64,000 nucleotides of DNA from Eledone cirrhosa (Eukaryota), in the NCBI GenBank assembly GCA_964016885.1, contig OZ024747.1, forward strand, positions 14,942,001 through 15,006,000, in the 5' to 3' direction. Under the pieces are notes generated by a model. It ran no database searches and was not told where the DNA came from. It was given only the letters and a program-made list of their open reading frames with translations. Shown in pieces: positions 53,669-64,000 of the stretch; the first letter of the stretch is position 1, and each line of letters starts with the position of its first letter. Position numbers and translations under genes: made by a program.

Positions 53669-53861
53669 CACATACATACATACATACATGTATGTCATAG
53701 ACCTATAACTCTAAGGCGAAGACCTGGGTCATGCATTTTGTCCCTGATTACCAGCCGTCCTTGCATAGAAGTCTCCCCTTTCTGCCGCCACCAATGTTAT
53801 CACATGGAAAGGTAAGTGTAGATAGAGCAAGGCTCTCGCGACGTGACCGTTCAACACAGAA

Positions 53862-54614
53862 AACAACGTGCCGTAAGTTATACAACAACGTGCCGTAAGT
53901 TATACAACAAGGTGTCGTAAGTTATACAACAACGTGCCGTAAGTTATACAACAACGTGCCGTAAGTTATACAACAACGTGCCGTAAGTTATACAACAACG
54001 TGCCGTAAGTTATACAACAAGGTGTCGTAAGTTATACAACAACGTGCCGTAAGTTATACAACAACGTGCCGTAAGTTATACAACAACGTGCCGTAAGTTA
54101 TACAACAACGTGCCGTAAGTTATACAACAACGTGCCATAAGTTATACAACAACGTGCCGTAAGTTATACAACAACGTGCCGTAAGTTATACAACAACGTG
54201 CCGTAAGTTATACAACAACGTGCCGTAAGTTATACAACAACGTGCCGTAAGTTATACAACAACGTGCCGTAAGTTATACAACAACGTGCCGTAAGTTATA
54301 CAACAAGGTGTCGTAAGTTATACAACAACGTGCCGTAAGTTATACAACAACGTACCGTAAGTTATACAACAACGTGCCATAAGTTATACAACAACGTGCC
54401 GTAAGTTATACAACAACGTGCCATAAGTTATACAACAACGTGCCGTAAGTTATACAACAACGTGCCGTAAGTTATACAACAACGTGCCATAAGTTATACA
54501 ACAACGTGCCGTAAGTTATACAACAACGTGCCGTAAGTTATACAACAACGTGCCGTAAGTTATACAACAACGTGCCATAAGTTATACAACAACGTGCCGT
54601 AAGTTATACAACAA
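53862..54614. repeat. 22-bp tandem minisatellite, 34 copies (AACAACGTGCCGTAAGTTATAC)
   Basis: 53862-54609 = 748 bp = 34 x 22. Three variant unit types, no spacers. Confidence 0.98.
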
Positions 54615-55387
54615 GACAACACATCTCTCTAGTAATTCCGTCAATCTGCTGCCCAGGATGTTTACTTTATTTAATGATAAAGTATGAATGAAAAGCCAAA
54701 GCTGAGAAAAAAAGAACAAATACAACGTGGTAACTTTTCTGGGCCGCTAACGAGTTCTACCGTCTTGACATCTATGCGATTTAAATCGATCTCATGAATC
54801 TTTTATGGTATAATTGTTTCAGTTTCAATACTCGATGTAAGACCAAGTTAACAAGATCTCAAACAGATACTGCGCCGAAATATATAATTAGTGAAATTAG
54901 TGATATAAATAAATAAAAACAAAAAACAGTGAAGCGATTTTGCTTCTAATTATACAAAAATCGATATTTTCGTTTGTTTTATAGATGGGAAGTTTTTAAG
55001 ATTTTGGGGACTTATTAGCAAAATATTCGTCCCGTCGACCAATTAAGCTACAAAGTCCCCATAACTGAAGATACGTCATCATTCTTCATTATAATTCGAG
55101 ATAATAGTTGATAGACTCTGCATGTATCAATTAAAAAAATATAAAGCAAATCTTACATTGACACAAGTTTCAGGCATATGAGGACAATTAAAATATAATG
55201 CAATGATGTATAAAACATTTAGAAATTGTATAACTAGCGTGTAGCCGTGTATGGGAGGGGAAGTATATTTTTTATATTTCCCACGATTAGAAGCCTTTAA
55301 TGATAATTGAATGATGCAAACAATAACAAGCAAACAAGAGAAACGCATGAAGTTTACATATTCATTAATTGTTTATATATATATATA

Positions 55388-55592
55388 TAGGTGATGGATT
55401 GGTAGAACCGTTAGAGCGTCTCACAAATTGCCTTGCGGTATTTGTTCCGGCTCTTTATATTTTGAATTCGATTCCCACCGAAGCCAGCTTTGCCTTTCAT
55501 CCTTCGGGGGTGGATGCAATTCAACTGAAGTCATGTACTAGGGTCGATTTCATTGACTATCCTCTCTCCCAAAATTGTTGGCCTTTATGTAA
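55388..55592 (+). mobile_element. SINE family A (diverged)
   Basis: GGTGATGGATTGGTAGAACCG...GAATTCGATTCCC...GCCTTTCATCCTTCGGGG...CCAAAATTGTTGGCCTT. Confidence 0.8.
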
Positions 55593-56559
55593 TTTATTCT
55601 TGTAATGTTCGCTTATCCATCGGCCTTGTGGCAAATATAGAAATGATTATTGTTTGTTAGCAAAATCTTTACAGCATCGAACAGAATGTTTTCTAGTATT
55701 TATTTCCTTTTGTCCAAATCCCGCGGAGGTTGACTCATAATCACATTGGCCTCGTGTCTTCAGCTTACACAGGCTACATACTATTTTCTTTCGGTGTCAC
55801 GCGGCTTCAAGCTAGATCAGCTGTCATTTGAATATTTTCTTAAGTTTCACTATACAATCCAAACATATTTTAATATCATCTCTCTACGCGACTTCTATAA
55901 AACGTCATGTATATTGTGTAAGTTTTACACTTTTTAAGACAACAATAACTTCCTTATCTAAACATTAGTTAATCAAAGACATTTGTTATTATCCGTGTAA
56001 TTGCTTGAATACAGTCCTTTCTCTTGTTAAATGAGCATTACTTATCATTCAGCTTGTGGATATACTTTTTTTCTAAATAAACGATACTAACGTGCTCTAA
56101 TTAGTATGGAAAGGGTATGCAATATTTAGCAACGGCTCTTTACGTTTACGAGTTCAAAACAGGACTGGGTCAACTTTACCATTGATCATTCCGAGGTCGA
56201 TAAAATAATGTACTGGTCAAGCATTGCGTGTCTATTTAATCGATGTTCTCAAACCCCTAATTTGTTGTCCTGAATCAGAATTCATTATTCACTGCTGCAA
56301 TATTCTACAATGAAGCGGAAGTTATTTAGTGTTTTTCGGTAATAACTTTATACTGTACTCATTGTTTGGTGTATGTAAGAGTGTGTGTATGTTAGTTGTT
56401 GGTGTGTGTAACCTGTAAGAATATGTGTTTCTGACCACATCTCACTCATAAGAACCTAGGGCATGAATATACGCGTGCATGTGTGAAAGCGGACGAGGAA
56501 GGGCTGAGTGTAGTTAGGGGTTCAGAAGTAAGCGTGAACGTATATGTGCAAGATTAAAG

Positions 56560-56880
56560 GTCAAAGGGGAGATGAGTCCATTAGGGAAAGTGGACCCAAA
56601 GCGGATATCAGACACCGCTCAGTCCTGGTGCGTGAGACCAGTGATAAAAGGACACCAACGGCTGAGATATGTTAGTTGGAGTGGCCGGGGAAATGAAATG
56701 TGAGCGACATGTATATCCATGCTGAGTCCTATCTCCAGACGGCGGCTTGTGTGACCGATTGACCGATGAATGTGCAGCTGTAAAGTGAACGCCAGAGGGA
56801 ATAGACTAGATGGGTCTGCAGGTTTAGGAGTGCCTGTGTGAGAGGTGAGATTAAACATGAAATGGTAGGTATTACAGCGG
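56560..56880 (-). mobile_element. Penelope-like GIY-YIG endonuclease remnant
   Basis: Across frameshifts the minus strand reads LVYSLWRSLYSCTFIGQ / IGHTSRRLEI and ERCLI / RFGSTFPNGL, matching the VY..C..C...YIGQT.R.L..R and E..LI....TL.P.GLN motifs. Confidence 0.65.
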
Positions 56881-57601
56881 AGATGAGCATTAACAGATTA
56901 CCAAGAGGTGGCAAAGGGAATAGACCTGTTTTTTCTAAAGATTTGTTTTTACCTTTCGGCCACTGACCAGTCTCCTGTTTCTTACTATTTCTTCTTTAAT
57001 TTCTGATTCTATTTTGAAGGATTGTTTCCGAAACGATAGGGGTCTTTTCCTGCTATACCTAATGTAAAACTAATAATTAAATTAACTATGCTCTCATTTA
57101 TGTTCAATTATGTCTTCGGATGCATTTTTCAGTTGCTGTAGTCAAGCTGCAATCTCCATCTATTAGGTTTAACTAATTCTTTGAAATTTCGTTGTCTTCT
57201 AATGTGATTTTCTTCTACGTTTATATCTTGGGACTTCTTATTGCAGTAATCATCATCTATAAACATCATATATCTTCGCTTTTGCACATTATATATGATT
57301 CCTCTTTGACACAGTTTTCCTCTCAGTGCCTCCATCATTCACGGACATTAAGATTGCACATCCATGGAAGCATTCTCTCTTATGATAGAACAGCTCATAT
57401 TATGTAGACATGCACACAATGCCATACATTTACATACGGGTGTATGTGTCTACGCTACATATGTCTGTCAGTATAAGTGAGGGTCTTCGTGAATGTATCA
57501 CCATCTGTATTACTGCCATTGACTAATGACATTCGTAAGGAATATATTTTTTCACGTTGAAGTATATTTATACATACGAACATAAACACTCGAATGCAAG
57601 C

Positions 57602-57693
<92 letters not shown>

Positions 57694-57898
57694 GTAATAA
57701 TATTATTTATAGTTATGTATACACTATATACATTATATACACTATATACACTATATACAACTATATAAACAGGAAAGGTCAGTAAATTATTACTACCTTA
57801 TTATCAGTAAGAAAAAATAGCTCAATGTAAATACATGAGATGTTTTACAGAACCGGAATATAAATTACACAATAATCAAAGCTATGTTCAAATCATTT

Positions 57899-57951
57899 TA
57901 TTGCTGACAATCGTTTCTTCCAAACTATCGTTTGGTATCATCGGAGCAGTA
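57899..57951 (-). ncRNA. Minimal type I hammerhead motif (U4C) in (TA)n-flanked island 57693-58142
   Basis: Minus strand: TACTGCT-CCGATGA-TACCAAAC-GATA-GTTTGGAA-GAAA-CGATTG-TC-AGCAATAAA. Confidence 0.7.
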
Positions 57952-58139
57952 GCAATGTTTGTACATATAATTAACCTCATATTCAACTGAACAATATTAT
58001 AGATACATGGATATTAATTTTGTCAACAGTTTCGTATTTAGAAGGTGAAATGGATGCGACATAGATTTCAAGAGCATTGTACAATAATTAAAATTACAAA
58101 TTAAAATTAATTTGTAATTTGTAATTTTATTATTGTTTA

Positions 58140-58279
<140 letters not shown>

Positions 58280-58799
58280 GTATGTGTGTATGTGTGTGTG
58301 TATGTGTGTGTATGTGGAACTAATTCTACCAAACTCGCCCCATGGCCTGAGTGCTCTACTGCTACGGATATAACCTACCAGTTTTCTACCACCATATATA
58401 TTATATATATATGTGTGTGTGTCTATGTATGTGTCTGTGTCTGTGTATATGCATGTGCGCCTGTGTATTTGAGTGTGTGTGTACCTATATACGCACATAC
58501 ATACGTGTGTATGTAGGTCCATACATATAAACGCAAATAATCATAATTTGTATATTAGTCTTTCCATATATACCGTCTGTGTTTTGTTGTTTCATTTTGC
58601 TTGAAGTCTTTCATATGCTTATATGTTTATATATAGTTTTTGTTACACGAGTATGAGTGTATAGTTTATTGTATTTCTTCGACTACTTATACATCTCTTT
58701 TTCATTAATGGCCTTTATATTAGCCTTTTTATATGCTACACGTCTGACTTACACACATTTATAACTTTAGTCTATTTTGTATTTCAATTAATGCGCTTA

Positions 58800-59727
<928 letters not shown>

Positions 59728-60699
59728 AGCATGTATGTAGTGTAATATTTTTTTTACTTTTTCTCCTCATGATATCTTTTGCGCTGCTTATAAATGCTTA
59801 TAACAAGTTTGCGTTTCAATATTCCATTAAAATTGTCTATAGACACATTACCTTTGTAGTAATTCTTTAATACTTGTTGTATTCACTAGTTCGAAAAACG
59901 ATTGTCTACTTTTCTCCCCTTATATTCTTGGTGGTCTGACATGAATATATTTTCTGTTTCCTTCACTTTTCGTTGTGTTCTTTGATAAACAAAGAAAATA
60001 AAACTGAAACTCTATAAAATTTATTAAGTATTTCATATAACTCCAGTTTTTACTTATCGTAAATGGAGCCAGAAATCACCGAAGTACAATACATTACAAA
60101 CAAACAAACAAACAATGTTGATATGTTCAGCAGTCTGATTTGATCTACGTGTGTTTTGAATAAGAGTACATTATTCTCCTTCAATAGATACACTTTTTCC
60201 CTTCATCATTTTTCCATTACTTATTTTTTTATATTTGCCTTATATCATTTCCACATCTCTCGCGTAGATCCCAAAATATATCATTATTTTTTTACTCACG
60301 TTAAATCTATTAAGTTTCAACAACCAATCTAAAGACCTATTTCTTTCAAATATTTTGAGACTTCTCAAGAGAAACTAAATTATGTTTATGCAAATATATC
60401 TTCTTGTGTAAACCTTTTCGCCTCTGCCTCGGTGAATAGTGAACATCAGAATCGTATTAAAGTAGTTTCGGCTTTTATTATATTCATACTCAGTAGATCC
60501 TTACACTATCATCATTAAACCAATATAGAATACAATATCTCTAATAAAACTACCAGAAGATCGAAGAGTACTAGAAAACCACAAATACATTTATTTGATC
60601 CATATTAGGTCAATTACTCGATATTACAATACCTTACTCTGGAGTATAAAAGAATTGATTTGTTCCAGAAAGGGAGAGATGAAAAAGAAGACACGATTC

Positions 60700-60852
60700 C
60701 GTTACTGGAATAGTAATTTATTTATCGACCGCGAAAGGATATATCACAGAATTGACCGAGACGGAATTTGATCGCAGAATACCCAGGGCTGGAACGAATA
60801 CTGCAAAGCAGTCTCTCGGGCGTTTTAAAGAATCTGCTATTTCGTTGCCTTG
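60700..60852 (-). mobile_element. Degenerate SINE family A
   Basis: TTTATCGACCGCGAAAGGAT...GGAATTTGATCGCAGAA...CTGCAAAGCA. Confidence 0.6.
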
Positions 60853-61165
60853 GAAAATAATTTATGGCTTATATAGTAAAGTATACTAAATGTTCTACTT
60901 CTTGAAGTTCCGAGAGTAATATATACATTTGATTTCCACTTTCTACACTTCACTTACAACATTACTTCTGCTGTGTTGTATTTCAACGATACAGCATAGC
61001 AAGTATACTGTTCGCGATATAAATGGGGCTTTTGTGTCAAGCGAAAATAAATTATTGGGAAACTTGTACAAGACTACATCACATATTTCGCTCCTCAGTA
61101 TGAAGTGTAATATTTGAAACTATTATACTTCATACAGCACTCATTGTTGTGATCTATCTATCTAT

Positions 61166-61342
<177 letters not shown>

Positions 61343-61535
61343 GGTGGCTGCCAACTCGTTTTCGAGTACGGCCACTACTTTATTTCCATGTAGCAGAACC
61401 CTTATCGATGCGCTGAACGAGTGTGACTTTTTAGTCCAGCCAGCGACTTGAACACTCTGGTACAAACACTACACTTGTGACAATTATTGACACATAGTGC
61501 TAGAACCCATGGTACCATGTGACGACAAGTGCAGA
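61343..61535 (-). mobile_element. 5'-truncated second copy of the 8438-9072 RTE derivative
   Basis: Matches 8438-8660 and shares the same 3' junction with (TA)n. Confidence 0.85.
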
Positions 61536-64000
61536 TATATATATACACTAATATATCACACATCAAAATTATTACGTTTCTATGTATCTATTTTCACACT
61601 ACTATTAGGATTTGTTGTTATTGTTGTTCTTGTCTGGAGATGGATGCATTGGTAAGTATACATACATAGATAGCTATAGATTGACAGTCAGACAGATGTA
61701 TAGATACTTAGGTAGGTAGGTACTGTTTAGAAAATGAAATAAAGTGCTTGCTATCTTAACTCCCATTTATCAACGAAACAGCCTGTTCATGAAATTAACA
61801 TATAAGTTTGACTGGACATTCCACAGAGCAGAGTCATTAGGGTGTGCAAAAAAGCACTTGTGAAATCCCTTAAATCATAATGAAATTTTACATATGCCAT
61901 TCCCCATGCTATAATCATAGAATCTGACCCAACCCTTTTACATTCTTCAAATATTGGACAATAGATAATCTAGCTAAAATAATTATGATTAAATTATGGC
62001 ATTTCTGTTCCAAAAAGGTTTTTATTAGTTACAAAGTATTTATATTGTTCTAGCAGTTGCAACTTTCTTGCTTCCACTTAGATTATTAAAATTCGCAAAA
62101 GAATTAGTTTTTAAAATAAAGAATTTTAACTGAGAGTTGAACCCGGTTCAGATTAATGAAATGTCTTGCTGGCCATACTAGTGCTTTTACACATTCAATA
62201 TATAGACGGTATTCAAAGCTCTAATTTATTCAGGTTATTTTTCAACATATCTTTAAAATTACATAAGATTGAATGAATTTTTTTAAGTTCCGCCAGTTAA
62301 AATTAATCATAAAACAACGAGATAAATTGGATCTTTTCAAATAATAATTATGCATTAATTTAAGGAATATGGACCCTATCTAAGCCATGCAGTTTTTCTC
62401 AGGATGAAAAAAAAAAAAACGAATAATGTATAAACAATTTCCCCTGTTTTCTCTCTATAGCAATGGACAATGATTTTTACATGGGAACATTTTTTATAAA
62501 GGACAAATATGATTCATTTACACAATATTCAGGACCTTATTAATAATTTATGAGATCATTCTTTCAATTCTTTTGTCAGCTTTTTTAGTCGCAATTTATA
62601 ATACAAATACAGTAGCACAATGAAACCTTTCGTTGTTTTTTCATTCAACAACAAAGAGTTTGACATTTTATCCTTTTGGCTTTGATTTCTATTTCCATTC
62701 TAGTTTTTAAAAATATTCTATTTATATTTAAAAACACTTCGTTTACAAAATTTCAAATTAGATTTACATTAAAACAAGTTTCTTCACACGATTCTTGGCT
62801 TAACTATGAAAGCAAATACTGACTTTTTGTTCCGGTGTATTTTCAATTGTCCTCATGCAAATAAGATTATTCTTCGACAATTTCACGATTATCGTACAAT
62901 TAAACAAATATTGTTAGTTTCATTTTATTTAATATTTGTTTTCATATTGTTAGATTTTTCGAAAAATGTTTAATCAACTTTTATTTTTTTTATTTATTTT
63001 TTTTTTAATTTTTCACTTCTTTTCTTTTTCAAACTGTATTAGTATTTGCCCTGTTAAGGCCTCTGCAAAAATAAATGAAATAAATAAAATCTCAAACAAA
63101 ACACCAAAGAAACAACTAATAAAATTTGCTTCATATCTAGCCAGACGTGGAACGCAGAGTTGGATCAATTTTTAATTGACATAGTAAAGCCATCCTTATC
63201 ATTAAATGTTATTTTTATCATTCAATAATGCTAAAAATATTTTCTATCTGAATATTCATCCCTTTCGATTCTTTCTATTATTGTTATTCTCATTCCTTCC
63301 CTTTTCTATTCCTCCTCTGTTTTTTGTAGTTTTTTTTTTTTGTTTTTGTTTATCGGACGGTCTTTCTAATCAAGTATTTTCTTTTATATTAATCAATAAA
63401 AGATTTTTTCTACAATGCAATTCTGCCAACGTAATTTAATGTGATTCTTCCTAACTGCAATGCAAGCATTCATTCACTTTTATAAACATGTTATCTTTCA
63501 CAGAGTGCAAGAATATTGAATGAGAACGGTTGGCTCCAATTTTGCGTCGTCCCCTCTCTCACTCTCTCACTCACTCACTTTTTCTGGCTCTCATCATAAT
63601 ATCTTCATGCCATGGCTTCTAACAGAACAATCTGCCGACTTAGAAATATGAGATTTTGCAAAGGAGAAAGAAAAACACATGCATATAGATCAATGTCCAT
63701 TAATTTTCTTTTCTCTATCTCCCCTTCTCATTTTCATACTCACACTTTCGCTCTATATCATTTGCTTAATCTATGTATAATGCATTTTTCCCCACGTTCA
63801 AGAGATTCATAATTTGAGTTCTAATATTTATTTTTATTTTCCTTTTTTCATTGAAGTAATAACGTCTAGATATGGCGTGGAAAGATAGGAAACCTCTCTC
63901 TAGGTGCAAACGTGTTATCCAGTTCTTTGCATAGGTGAATTAGTATCATTTTTAACCCTCACCTTGACCAGACAACATAACAACTAAACTGCTATAAACT

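Noticed and set aside
53862-54614. CRISPR-like array
   Set aside because: Head-to-tail 22-bp units with no unique spacers, no cas genes and a eukaryotic context.
61835-63175. Possible DNA-transposon remnants
   Set aside because: No paired TIRs or TSDs found by eye.

Overview
AT-rich, microsatellite-saturated animal DNA (intergenic or intronic) with no intact protein-coding gene. The SINE families and (TA)n density look like an octopus or other coleoid cephalopod genome (inference, not checked). Nearly all long ORFs in the track are translations of (TA)n, (TG)n, (CT)n or (TTC)n. The real content is many copies of two tRNA-headed SINE families (several with clean TSDs), RTE and L1/Tx1-like LINE scraps, a complete non-autonomous Helitron, a solo LTR, three large satellites, a Penelope-type GIY-YIG remnant and a probable decayed family-B GPCR. 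The main signal is that the short unique islands wedged between (TA)n tracts are not random. At least ten of them, from about nine families that look unrelated, carry a minimal type I hammerhead ribozyme fold, and four have the compensatory U3-A8 core. Many islands are duplicated as fold-back palindromes or partial tandems. These include a 3.8-kb nested palindrome (25411-29173) and a tRNA-like palindromic element found twice. All folds were read by eye, and none has been tested computationally or experimentally.
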